The notes beneath the pieces are model-generated. The model was given only the letters and a program-made list of their open reading frames with translations. It was not told the origin of the DNA and ran no database searches. The position numbers and the translations under genes were made by a program. DNA of 64,000 bases from Fistulifera solaris (lineage: Eukaryota). This document shows, piece by piece, positions 1 to 11,793 of the stretch. How positions within the stretch are numbered: the first letter of the stretch is position 1; each line of letters starts with the position of its first letter. The stretch is taken from NCBI GenBank assembly GCA_030295235.1, contig AP026126.1, forward strand, positions 1,860,001 to 1,924,000, written 5' to 3'.

Positions 1-85
1 CTTCTTCTTGTTCACATCATGACCATCTCTTGTCGTCTTTGGGGCATTGTCATATCCAAGACGCTCAGTTTAAGGAGGATGGTCA

Positions 86-1336
86 ATGAACATGAATCTA
101 AGAGACAGAAGTAAAGTGAAAGGCGAAGAGGACGACAGTCTGGAACTGCCGATGGGGCCTGGTTGTGTTTCTTCTTCTTCGTCTCGTCCTCTGCAAACGG
201 AACCAACGGAAATGCAGACAAACACTCCTATTACCAAACGCCGTCGAAGATTACGCGGAGAGGGGTCTTTAGAGAACTTAGCAAGGTCTATAGTCACAGG
301 AAAACGTGTTGTCTTCATCAGCGGGGCTGGGTTAAGTGTTGCTTCGGGTGTACGACCTTTTCGCACGGGGCGTCCGGAAGATGGATCATGGTTACAAGCG
401 AGAAACGGAAGTGAGGACAAGCGCTTTGCAGCAGCAAGTAAGATTGGATTACAGGCTGGATTATGGGATCAAGTGTTGTGGACGACAGCGACACGCGAGT
501 CCTTTCGCCAAAATCCACTGAAATGGTACAATGAGTTCTGGATTCCTCATTTGGGAAGTAGTGGCCTGGGGACGAAACCAAACGCTGGTCATGAGGCTTT
601 GCAACAGATAATGAAGCGATTTCCGAAAAGCTGTAAACAAATAACACAAAATATCGACGGCTTGCAATCTAATGACCCGCACGCCAACAATATAAGCCTG
701 ATTGAGATTCATGGTAGAGCCGGTCTTTACAAGTGTCTGCCGGACTCCGACAGCGATACAGATTCGGATAGTGATGACGAGGAGGATCGACCCGTGCATT
801 TGGGACATCGTCGGAAGACGCGCGATCTCAAACGCAAGCTTCAAGATCCCACTTTGTGTCCATATCAGTATTTAGAATCACTCGGCGCGGATCAGTTGAT
901 TTTGCCCGAAAGTGAGCGTGCTCATCTGGCACCAAAGAATCCCAATTTGTCTAGTGATGCTCCTTGCGGATCATTGAAACAACTATCGGTGTCTCCTCGA
1001 TGTCCTGTCTGCTGTAATATTGCCATGCCGCAAGCTCTACTATTTGATGAAGGTTATCATTCGCATTCCTTTTATGACTTTGAATTGGCGGAAGACTGGT
1101 TGCGCGATTGTGAGGTCATGGTGTTCTGTGGTACCAGTTTTGCGGTGAATTTGACCACCGTGGCTTTGGACCATGCCCGCGCTAAAGAGATTCCTGTCTA
1201 TAACTTTAACTTACATGACACCCTCGTCGCGACAGCTAGGTTGAACGTTTCGAACATTATGGGACCGGCGCACGAGACTCTCCCTAAGCTGGCGGAGACC
1301 ATTCAGCGCATTCAGAACGAGGATGGACAAAACTAA
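86..1336 (+). CDS. Sir2-family NAD-dependent deacylase (sirtuin)
   Basis: Motifs SGAGLSVASG, TQNIDGL, EIHG, CPVC zinc ligands and GTSFAV match the Sir2 core; single 416-aa ORF. Confidence 0.9.
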   Translation: MNMNLRDRSKVKGEEDDSLELPMGPGCVSSSSSRPLQTEPTEMQTNTPITKRRRRLRGEGSLENLARSIVTGKRVVFISGAGLSVASGVRPFRTGRPEDGSWLQARNGSEDKRFAAASKIGLQAGLWDQVLWTTATRESFRQNPLKWYNEFWIPHLGSSGLGTKPNAGHEALQQIMKRFPKSCKQITQNIDGLQSNDPHANNISLIEIHGRAGLYKCLPDSDSDTDSDSDDEEDRPVHLGHRRKTRDLKRKLQDPTLCPYQYLESLGADQLILPESERAHLAPKNPNLSSDAPCGSLKQLSVSPRCPVCCNIAMPQALLFDEGYHSHSFYDFELAEDWLRDCEVMVFCGTSFAVNLTTVALDHARAKEIPVYNFNLHDTLVATARLNVSNIMGPAHETLPKLAETIQRIQNEDGQN

Positions 1337-1456
1337 CTGTTGAAATAGACTCTATTCTCTATTAAAGTATTCATCTTTTCAAACAGTTTTCATTACAATC
1401 GTTTTACGAAACATGTAGAACACTGAAGCAGAATTTCAAAAGATCTGCCTATCACA

Positions 1457-4330
1457 CTAGACTTCGGGTGCGGGGTGGCCACTGGTTGGGCGACGACCAG
1501 CGCGAGCCTGCGAAGGAACGTTCTGCGCCTGTCCAGTGACGGCACGGCTTAAGTTAGTCTTGTTCTGTCCCAAAGGAGCGGAAGTTCGACCTTGTGGCTT
1601 TTTCGTCGTTACTCCATTAGAGCGGAAATCAGTAGTGTGCAAGCTGCCAATTTCAATGTCGGGCTTGTTTTGCTTTCTTTCAATCTCATCCTCGAGCATG
1701 AATGTCTTCAAAGCAACAAGCTTACTCTTCGAATCTTTCTTCGTATTCTTGCGCGACACGGGTGCCTTCTTCACGACAGTTGGGCGCTTTTGCACAAACG
1801 GCCATCCAAGGATGTAGGGATTCAAGATGATAGGAACGATGAAACACATTGCCGCGAGAACGAAAGGCGGACCAGCGAAAAGTGCGTGACCAACAATATC
1901 GGTAGTAGGCATGGTTGTGTTATCCCAATCTTGTTCTTGCAAGACCGTCGCATAAGCCAGACCAGCGATGAACAACGCAATGGCCCAACTACTCGAGTTG
2001 AATTTTGCCATTTCCCAAAATGCCGTGCAGCGAGAAATGGTAATTGAATCCTTGTTGGTCGCAGAGCAAATGTTGGGGCGGGAAAGCATGTGATCCATGG
2101 ATCCCAAAAAGAAGAAGGTCAATGTCGCAACTGTGTAAAACAAGATTTGGAACGTGAAGCAATATCGCAGTTCGGTAGCGATCAATCGACAGGTACCACC
2201 AAATCGCTTTCGGTACTCCGGGAACAACAAGTTCTTGTTGATGGAATACATTCGAACCATCGAGATGATGAAGGTGATGTATCCGACGATGTAGTACACA
2301 AGGAAATTGAGCACAATGATTCCAGCGGGTGAAAATGCTTGGAGACTGGTGATATCATTTTCGCTGTCGAGGAGTCGAGCAATGGCGGCCGCCGAGAACA
2401 CGATCAAGTAGGTACCACCGGAAGCATAGGAGCACAAGTACGAAACAAGGAATACCTTGTAATATGACGGAATATCGCATTTCAAAAATGTTCGAAACAG
2501 CGGAGTGAAGACGCCGCCACCAATCATGTCTTGAAAGGAATTGAACACTAGTTCGTGAGCACCAAGAGCGAATTTTCGGTGCCGACCGGCTTCTTCGTCG
2601 AATGTGCGGGTGATACCTTCCTCAAATTCACAATCAGGATACGCACAGTATCGTCCATTAAAACCGAGATTGTAGAGATGAATCATCAACTCGAAATCCT
2701 CGGAAACATGACTTTCCGACCAATACTCGATGCGATTGGCGCTCGACAAGTTGGAAAAGCCGACTTGATCAACCGGAAGAAACGGCAAACCGATGTTATT
2801 AAGCCAACGCTGCGCACTTCGTAGATTACGCATTCGACCGCATTGGCGCACAGCCTCAGTGCGTAGGAAAATGGAATGACCGACCAACGGTGGGTGGCAA
2901 CCGAGAATACTCGAGAGAAGGAAATGCCCTTGGTAAAGCGCATCCGTGTACACGGTCAACATACGGGTATAATATGTCTCTTGGCGTTGCTCGCACATGG
3001 TCTTGGTCGCGTGTTGCGTAAATCCCAAGCTTTTATCGTTCAAAAATTCGGGCACCGTCTTGAAAATTACACTTTGCGCCATACGAGCATCGGCATCGTT
3101 AATGCAAATCAGATGGCCCAAGCGAATATCATTGCCAAACATCATGTAGCGAGAGCCGTCTTCGTTGTGCGATTCGTTCAATAAAGCGCTTTCAAAGTCA
3201 CTAAATTCGCCTTCGTTGGATTCTGAGACAAGCTGAGCGGCTCCGAGAGCCAATCGCAAATGCGAGTTAAGGTTGGATGCCTTCTTGAATTTACCTCGAC
3301 GGTCCACAGTCGATCGGGCAACGAAGCCGATCTCATAATGATAGTAATACAACATGCGATGAAAGACTTCATAGACACTTCGGCTACGCAATCCTTTCAA
3401 GTGGTGACGAGACGCACGCGGGACAAGCTTGAGTAGCTTTCCCAGCTTAATGACACGACCTTCGGTCTTGACAACAGTCTCCCATAACATTTCTGCTGCT
3501 GGAAAGTTATCTTTCAAGTAGCTCATCATACCATCATCACAAACAACAATGTTGCATCGGGCTCCCGTCTTCTTGATGTAGTAGTCCCGCGAGGCTTGGC
3601 AGGATTTCAGCGTCGGCATGAGTACTTCCAGCAGAGATTCCTTGTACACCGGGATCTGTATCGTAACCTCCAGCCACTCTGCCCCATCGGGCTTTTTCTC
3701 TGGCAAGATCGAGCTATACTTTGTATTTGAAGTGAAGGCCTTCGCCGGAATGAAGCATTTGAAGATTGATCCGATCGTAAAGTAAGTATTCCAAAATAGT
3801 CCTAGAAAGGAGAGCAGCGCAAGAATGACTTCGATTAGGATCCTTGCGATAGAGCTGTACGACCAAATTGCATTGAAAAGAAGAGCTCCGATCAACAAAA
3901 CAGTGATGGTGAACGCCAAAGTACTCGCATACTTTGCAATCTGCAAAGGCTCTTCCGGGCGGTTCGACCGGCGATTGGCAGGTTTACTGAAGGGAGATCC
4001 AGGAATCAAAGAGGCATCATTGTCAAGCAAACGTTTGTTGGGGTTGACAAAGACACGACGATTATTCTCCAAAGCTTCTTCAGATTCATTCAACAACCGA
4101 TCATCCTGAGAATCTTCTGAGAAAAGGCTCGCGGCTTCATCGTCATCTTCATCCAGAGTGCCCATCTTGAGTTCGTTGAAGATATCATCGAGATCAACAG
4201 GGCCAGCATTGCTGCGGTTCTGTCGAGGCTGTCGACGGAAACTTGACTGCCGCGCAGATCCGAGGCGATCTCCTGTTTCTTCGTCCATTTCGTACGAGTT
4301 CGCTTCCTGAATCATCTTGGCAGCAGGCAT
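1457..4330 (-). CDS. Multi-pass glycosyltransferase family 2 protein
   Basis: IQIPVYKE, VCDDG, KFKKASNLN, NDAD (DxD) and HVSEDF motifs; 2 N-terminal and several C-terminal hydrophobic helices; 957 aa. Confidence 0.85.
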   Translation of the reverse strand: MPAAKMIQEANSYEMDEETGDRLGSARQSSFRRQPRQNRSNAGPVDLDDIFNELKMGTLDEDDDEAASLFSEDSQDDRLLNESEEALENNRRVFVNPNKRLLDNDASLIPGSPFSKPANRRSNRPEEPLQIAKYASTLAFTITVLLIGALLFNAIWSYSSIARILIEVILALLSFLGLFWNTYFTIGSIFKCFIPAKAFTSNTKYSSILPEKKPDGAEWLEVTIQIPVYKESLLEVLMPTLKSCQASRDYYIKKTGARCNIVVCDDGMMSYLKDNFPAAEMLWETVVKTEGRVIKLGKLLKLVPRASRHHLKGLRSRSVYEVFHRMLYYYHYEIGFVARSTVDRRGKFKKASNLNSHLRLALGAAQLVSESNEGEFSDFESALLNESHNEDGSRYMMFGNDIRLGHLICINDADARMAQSVIFKTVPEFLNDKSLGFTQHATKTMCEQRQETYYTRMLTVYTDALYQGHFLLSSILGCHPPLVGHSIFLRTEAVRQCGRMRNLRSAQRWLNNIGLPFLPVDQVGFSNLSSANRIEYWSESHVSEDFELMIHLYNLGFNGRYCAYPDCEFEEGITRTFDEEAGRHRKFALGAHELVFNSFQDMIGGGVFTPLFRTFLKCDIPSYYKVFLVSYLCSYASGGTYLIVFSAAAIARLLDSENDITSLQAFSPAGIIVLNFLVYYIVGYITFIISMVRMYSINKNLLFPEYRKRFGGTCRLIATELRYCFTFQILFYTVATLTFFFLGSMDHMLSRPNICSATNKDSITISRCTAFWEMAKFNSSSWAIALFIAGLAYATVLQEQDWDNTTMPTTDIVGHALFAGPPFVLAAMCFIVPIILNPYILGWPFVQKRPTVVKKAPVSRKNTKKDSKSKLVALKTFMLEDEIERKQNKPDIEIGSLHTTDFRSNGVTTKKPQGRTSAPLGQNKTNLSRAVTGQAQNVPSQARAGRRPTSGHPAPEV

Positions 4331-4917
4331 TTCAGAAGGAAAAACGAAAGGCTTGATAGTTTATGAGTTATGAGGTTGAATCAGTGGACAAGCAACAACT
4401 TTTTGAAATTGTCGAAAAACGAAAAAATTGTTGCTGTCCAAAGGCGTCGCATGAAAAACTGCTCTCTCCCTTGTTCCGTCCACTCCGAGATTGAGTCTTG
4501 TCTTGTCACCTGGGGTACCATTCTTTGATCCAGTGTCAGAGAATTTAGTAGAACGTGTGACAGACTGCTTTTAAACATTTCAGTCATGGACGAAAACACT
4601 GTGACGGAACGAACTAAATTTGAACCGTTTCTCATGTAAGTAATTCGGCACTACCATAGTGATGTAACCGTCAAAAACCGTACAATTCGTTTCCGAGTTC
4701 GGCGAGAAACTTGGAGCGGACAACAAACAGAAAACGGCACTGGACACTGGACCAAGATGTAGGATTGATTTGCTTGGATGCTATCCTGGACAACAGCTTC
4801 GTACCGGTACCGGTACCGGTACCAACATCTTTCTTCCAAACATTTCTCATGTCGGTATCAATTTTTGAACGCAAAAGATCATCCTGCTTGTATTAACAAC
4901 AAAACGGAACAAGTCAA

Positions 4918-6226
4918 ATGCTAAACGAAAGATATGACATAGGTGATATGGTCGGGGAGGGGTCCTTCGGAAGCGTTTTCGTCGCCTCTTCCAAGGAAAC
5001 GGGTGAAAAGGTAATGATATTCGTGTGTGTGATTCGTTATGAATTACAATGTCTTTGGCGATACAATAAATCTAATCCGTATTACGTCTCTTTGATCTAG
5101 CGAGCACTCAAGCTTTTGAAGGATACATACACATTCCAAGAGATTATCAATCTACGAGAATTTCAATCGATTCAGATTGCTGGCTACCATCCATTCATTG
5201 TTGAGCTCTTTGAGGTTCACCGCGTCAAGTACTCTTCTGCTACTGTTTTCGTGTTTGAGTTCATGCCCGACGGATCTTTGCATTCACTTCTTTACCATCG
5301 ATTTACAAACAAACTCGGCCCTCCAGAACATGCTTTTATTCGTCGCACAACTCATCAAGTACTTCAGGCCTTAGAACATTTGCATAGCCGAGGATGGATG
5401 CACCGTGATGTCAAACCAGGTGCGAAACCAAAATGACGATGTACAAGTCAGGGCTACTCAGAGCTGCCTCTCTCACTGTTTCTCTACATAACCAGACAAT
5501 CTATTACTCAAAGGAGACACGTGCAAGTTGGCTGACTTCTCATTGGCGCGACCATGCAGCCACTTGCATCAAGAAGTTGGCGGCGGCGGTCCAATGACAC
5601 AGTCTGTCGCGACGCTTTGGTATCGATCTCCCGAAATAGTACTCTTGGCTCCTGATTATTCTTCCCCGGCTGATTTATTCGGTCTGGGATGTGTGGCCGC
5701 TGAAATGTTTCGATTGAAACCCCTCTTTCCTTCTCGAAACGATGCTGACATGTTGTGGCGCTTACTGAAAATGCTGGGTAACCCGATCGCATCCGGGTGG
5801 AAACAGGGACAAGCACTCCTCGAAAAGCGAGCTCCATACTTGGAAATCGACTCAAAAGACTTTTCGGACGAAGATTTTCGGAGCAATCTAACCGAATGGC
5901 TAAGTTCTGGTGCTGTGAAACGGGATCCAGAGCCCCTCCTTGATTTACTCATAGGGATGATGAACATGAATCCAAGCAGCAGGCTCACTGCCAGCCAAGC
6001 TTTGCAAAACCCGTACTTCCATCAAAATCCAAGCCATAAAGCATGGAAAAGCCCCTCTGCTGTTCCTACCGGACATCACGAGTTAGAAATCGCAAGTAGC
6101 GTCGTCACAACTTCACCGCATGTAGAAGACACAAGTGGTCATACCAGCCCTCTTGATTGTGATCATTCCTTCAAGAACAGCTCACGCCAGTACCCTCAAA
6201 AACTTGTGCTGAAACGTTGCAAGTAA
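4918..6226 (+). CDS. CMGC Ser/Thr kinase (MAK/CDK-like), 3 exons
   Basis: GEGSFG, ALK, HRDVKP, DFSLAR and WYRSPE; GT-AG introns at 5011-5100 and 5420-5495 join the three ORF pieces in frame. Confidence 0.88.
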
Positions 6227-6277
6227 TTTTTTTATCATGTTAGGCATTGGTCGCAGCCGGTGTGATGTGAATACAAT

Positions 6278-9200
6278 CTAATAGAATGAGTAAGCCATCT
6301 CGGTCTTTTGCCTATTACCGATATATTCGTTCATGCTTTGACATCGTAGAAATAGTTCCATGACGAGATTGAAATCTTCGACCGAAAGAGCGAAGTGCTT
6401 CGCTTGGTCCTCAACATCTTTTTGAGACATCAACCGCGAATATCGCATCTGTTTTACCTTGAAGAATCTATTCTCATCCAACACAATCGTAGGCTCTGTT
6501 TTCTCTAAATCTGTTGGAGAGGATTCCTCAATCCAAAAGCAGCACGAAGATACTCCTGCGACAAGTTCATTGACGAACGAACTGCATAGGTGAGATAGCT
6601 TATCGAAGCGAGACACCTTCATATCATTAGCTGACTGTTGCAGCAAGCTATCACATAGCCATAGATCAGGCTGTAAGCTACGACCTATAGCGGTTCCTAA
6701 AGTTTGCGCCAGCTGTAAAATCTGCAACCGGAGTGCTCTGGTCACATCTTCCGGATTTTCTGCGTTGATCCTACCGACCTCCTCCTTGTTTGACAAAGAC
6801 GCGGCTAGGATCACTCTTCCCACGTCCAAATCGACCAAGGTTATATCATCCGGAAGGTCACGGATCAAGTCCAGCATTCCGGGGTCTTCCGATGCAATCC
6901 CAATAATAAATGGAGCCGGATACTGGAGAAGATCCGACGCAAGTGATGTAGGCACTCTTGGAACGAAGAGATGACACCACTGAAGAGGTTTCAGTAGTTC
7001 AACAATGACAGTCGCTGCTGAAAGCAGAATACTTCTGCGACTTGACGATAATACAATCTTTTGTTCAAGCAATGCCGAAACAAAGAGAAGCGCCAATTGA
7101 ACAGGAGGCAGACTATCAATCAACTGATTTCCAGTAAGTTGAATAAATGTAGCTTTTTGGGCATCGCTGGGGAGATTAACCCAAGGCTTCGACGACAAGC
7201 TGAGAAATGGCCTGAGAAACCCCGACAAGACCTGTCTCTCATTCTCTTGACTGCCAAAATTGTGTAGTATAGCAACAAGCTGCGGAATCGATTCATCGTC
7301 AAGCATAAGAGAGGAAGAAAAAGATCTTACGAGAGTGAACATTGTTTCCCGCATGGCCGGGATGACATTCCGCTGGCTCACGAGAGCAAGACCTATGAGA
7401 GATTCAGAACACGTATAGGCAGACGCTGTCGAGTCGGTTACTTTTTGTTTGAAATCGCTTGCTTTATTGATCACTTCAAGAGCTTCTCGCAAAGCGGACG
7501 ACTCATCCTCTGAGATTGGGACTTTGCAGAGGTTTTCCGATTTCCTACTCTGTAGATGAGAGCGGAAAACAAGCGAAACACCGTAAAGCGAAGACTCGCC
7601 ATTTTCTGACGAAGCAGCAGCCCTGGGAATCACGAAGTTAACTAACGATATATCCCATCCGGCAACCTGATAACACGATGAAGACTCTTCGCAAAATCCC
7701 CAGAACAGTTGATGACGATCCTGTGACACAGTTGCATAGGCTTCCAGAGTCGGCAATATCTCGCCTGGTTGCAGGAAACCCAACGCATCGTCCGTCAGAG
7801 ATTCACAACAAAACCTCTTTGGCTGCTCGGCATGGCCAGCCACTGAACCGAAAACGACGGCACACTCAGCGTTATGTACAATGACATCATGAGGTAGGAC
7901 GGCATCTGTACCGGGCTTATTGACGCCATTGATAGGTTGCAACGACGGTTTGTGAGGTGTGACGCCATTCGGCCACTGTACCTTTCGCAGCAATCGTTTG
8001 ATACACCCATTGGCCAAGGTGGGAGAGCTCAACACAGAGTTGTCCTCATTCTGGACCCCACATATTAGTAGCTCCTCGCAAAGCCACTCGTGCAACTTGT
8101 GGGCCTGAAACCTCGAGTGATGCTTCTCCCAATAATCATAAATAAGTTCATCCGACAAACCACGTGCGATATCCAACAAATCTTCATCAACAGAAAGTAT
8201 GTCGTCCGAATCATCCGACTTCAAGGACAACTTGCTTACATAATGCGCTAATTTTGAAGCATATTCTCCATTATGCTGGTCGCCCAAACCAGGACCCAAA
8301 AACACTTCCCAAAAATGCCCAAGAGTGCGCTTCACATTTTTTTTGCGCGTTTGCACTTGGCTGCTTCCATTCCTGATGTAATGACGGAAGGACAGAGCTT
8401 TGCAGATATAGATAGGCGCACAAGTTCATGGCTGTGTCTTCTATCCTCCTGGGGTGTGTGGCTGTTGACTCTCCTGCCTTTCGAGTGCCGGCGGCATTGT
8501 TTTGTTCCAGCAAATCATCATTCTCACCGAATGGTTCTTGATCAGTCAAGGTTAGTAGATATATCAATACATAGAGCATATAATTCTGGGCGAAAGAGCA
8601 CTGCTGTTGTCCGTCATCAGACTCCGATGTAATTTGCTTTACCACATGATCGAATGGAATGTTAACAAAGGGCGCTGTGTTTCGAAGATAGGCCCGCATT
8701 CTGGCACATTCGTTCGAGACCAAGAACGAGAGGAATGGAGTTTCGAAGGATAGAGAGTCAGCGACAGTGCGCTGGAACTCCATAAAGGTATCCTTTGTCA
8801 GCAATTCAGGCTCTTTTAAAGCCGACTCAAGAGAACGCAGTGCCCTATCAGAGACAATGTGATGAAAATCAAACGTCGGCGGCACAAGTACTAAGTTGTC
8901 GACCTTTGAGGGAAGAAAATATTGGTACGCAATCTGATCCGCAATTTCTTTGCGTCGTTCACGTGATAGCAAGGGAAACAAGGCAGAATAATTGAGCATG
9001 TCCGAAAACATCTTCAACATGGCGTCGCTAACACTGAAAGCTTCACGATTGTCCTGATCTGACGTAGTTTCAGTTTCAACTTCTACGTAAGAGATATGTA
9101 TTTGCGCAAAGTGTCGTGCGAGAAAGGGGAAACGGCGACAGTCGATGACACAAACTAAAAACGCATTTCTTAGCGCCGATCGAAATCCAACGCTAGTGGC

Positions 9201-10633
9201 GGCGAGTTGCGAGAGATCGTTTTGAACGTCTGGATAGCCCACTTCATTGCATCTCTTTGCAACGTGCGACAGAACACACGATCGCAGCGATCCCGGAGGG
9301 ATACCAGGATTTAAGAACTGATCAATAGAATCCAGTAATTCCACCTGCACATCTTCAATAATCCCTGTTGTGGTGTTGTCAATCTTGCTCTCTCCGGGCC
9401 CGTCAAAACTGGTCGGCGAAATTAGTTCCATCTTATCCGTGGACCGATCGCCCTCCTCTTCTTCATGGCTGCTACCTCGGCTAGTTCCCAAATCTTCCGA
9501 ATCATCATCACTATCGGTCGAAGTGTCGTCATGTTGCGGATTCACGTCATGAACCGTAGTATCCAGAACCCGATAATGATGCAACAACCCTAGACATGCA
9601 TCTACATAGGTGATGCGGTCAATGGGAATCTCGGAACTAATTCCACACGTGGACAGTATCAGATGCACGGGACGTGCCGCCGAAGCAATGGTCTGTGGCA
9701 CGACCCAAATATTTGATTTTCGAACATCCACCGATCCTACCGACAGCAGTGCATCCCCCACATAGATGACCCCGGATCGTTCTGCCGAACCACGATGTAC
9801 CAAATAATCTACATAAACACCTTGATGCTTCAAATAGGTCTGTTTCAGATTCACTCCGAGCATTCCGCGACCCAACAGCATGACAAATTCATTGGGTGGT
9901 CGATTCTTGCCCATGAGCGCCTGCATATGCGTTGCATGCGGACTGGACATGATACGCGTCATCTGCGATGGTATTGGTTTGGTCGATTCCGTCTGCGGCG
10001 GAAGTTCACTCTGCGTGCTGTTTTCCCGATTGTATCGTCCTCGAAAGTAAGTCGTATTCTGTTGCACCGAATCGAGTACATTAGTTGCTGCCCATTGCAA
10101 CGCAGTGACACCTCTGCGACTGTAGTGCGAGTCGTCTGTGGTGTCTTTTCGGGATGATGTTGCGTCGTCCTGATCATCTTCTTCAACAATTTCAATCACA
10201 TTTGATTCATCTGGACTGGTTGGCTTGGCAAAGAAAGGGGAAGGCACCTCGGCGGACTGTTGAATTGTACTAGAGGCTGACGATTGCGCTGCATTGCTAT
10301 TGCTTTTATTCATCATGACAGTCGGTGGTGAGCTGTTGGAGCGACGAAACAAGGTCGCTACAGCGGTATCTTTGGCCTGTTGTCCCCAATGCGAGAATCG
10401 ATTTATCAAGATTTGTCCAGGATCTTCGGCGGATGTAAAGGAACGCTTATCATTCTTTTGGGGGTGATTAGTGATGGTAAAGGATCTGTAACAATATTTT
10501 CTTGCGATGGCTGAACTTCAGATATGCTAGACGTTTCCAGAGGATGAAAGGACACGGCGCTGTCGTTGCCTCCCTCAAGCGAAGCGGTTTCGTTGGTATT
10601 TGCGGGCGTGTCTTCTTGATGGACGTTCGACAT
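6278..10633 (-). CDS. Large DENN-domain (Rab GEF-like) protein with N-terminal PDZ and probable RGS-like region; split by two frameshifts
   Basis: PDZ-like GMLGVNLK...GSAERSGVIYVGDALLSV in ORF 8271-10409; DENN core (SALLEQKIVLSS, PLQWCHLFVP, PAPFIIG, LVDLD) in ORF 6278-8356; same-strand overlapping ORFs join at about 10408 and 8340. Confidence 0.75.
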
Positions 10634-11334
10634 TAGTGTGCCTATTTCCCGCTTGACTATTAAGAACAAATGGACGAGATGTTTTGATTTGTTTTCCTTT
10701 TGAAGTACAAACGTGTTGACGACGAGTGTTACTTGTACTTGTACGAGCGACAGCGTAAAACCGCGTCAAAACAAAACCATGAAATCATCGCGCGCGCAGT
10801 CGAATTTCGTGACTAAAATTCAGTCATGGAGTGAATCCTACCGCCTCCACGCGTTGAACCACAGTCAATTTTGTTTCGACAATACCGAACGATTTTCGAC
10901 GCCAATGATCGAGTTGTTGTTAGCAAAAGTGTTTCATCATGTCACTTAGCATCAATCATAGAAAAAAGTGCTGTTTTGACGTCAAGCATTTTATCGCCGG
11001 ATTGCGAGAAACACAAGAACTGTTTTGCCTCGTGACTGGAATTCAGTCTTGAAAAAACGTCGCTTACAGATTGAACGATACTAAAGTCAGATGCGATCAA
11101 TACTGAGCGATTTTGGCGTCGAGGATCGAGCTGGTGTTTGCAAATGTACAAGTAAATCATTATTATGACACCTAGCCGCGTCCAAGCATTAGCGCTGGAC
11201 ATAGAATATCGTAAAGGTGTGAAAAGCAAGAACGAGCAATCAACTTTTTGGCTCATGACTGAAAGGCATTCTTGGAATCCACCGTAAATACGGTATACAC
11301 TTTATCTCACAGTAAGTTTTCCAGGTGAACCGGA

Positions 11335-11514
11335 AAAATCTGGGCGTTAGGTATTTTGACGTGTCCAGAAAATCTGGGCGTTTGGTATTTTGACGTCTGC
11401 AGAAAATCTGGGAGTTTGGTATTTTGACGTCTCCAGAAAATCTGGGGGTTTGGTATTTTGACGCCTCCAGAAAATCTGGGACATGTAAATTTTGACGTGT
11501 CCAGAAACTCCGGG
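11335..11514. repeat. 34-bp minisatellite, about 5.3 copies
   Basis: Unit AAAATCTGGGNGTTTGGTATTTTGACGTNTCCAG repeated head to tail; the fifth copy is more diverged. Confidence 0.95.
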
Positions 11515-11793
11515 CCCTTGGTGCGCATTTTGCAACGTGTGAATCCGTCATGTTCTCAAGCAGCTTTGATTTCTTTGTGATATATACAATTAATTAATCA
11601 CTATCGCAAAAAAGCTGTCGCCCGGGAGGAGAGAAAGGCGAGTTTATATCATTCCGACCGAACTTGCAGCAATTACTGATTGCACCACTTTTTGGTATTT
11701 CGTCCTCTTACACTGTTAAGTGGGCTGTTGTTTTTTGTCTGTATTCACATCAAAGGAAAAGCTCTTTGAAAATAGAGTATACTCTGCATCAAG

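Noticed and set aside
11335..11514. Possible CRISPR array (34-bp repeats with a palindromic core)
   Set aside because: Units are contiguous with no unique spacers, there are no cas genes, and the context is eukaryotic.
11240..11551. Three overlapping repetitive ORFs
   Set aside because: Translations of the minisatellite in different frames.
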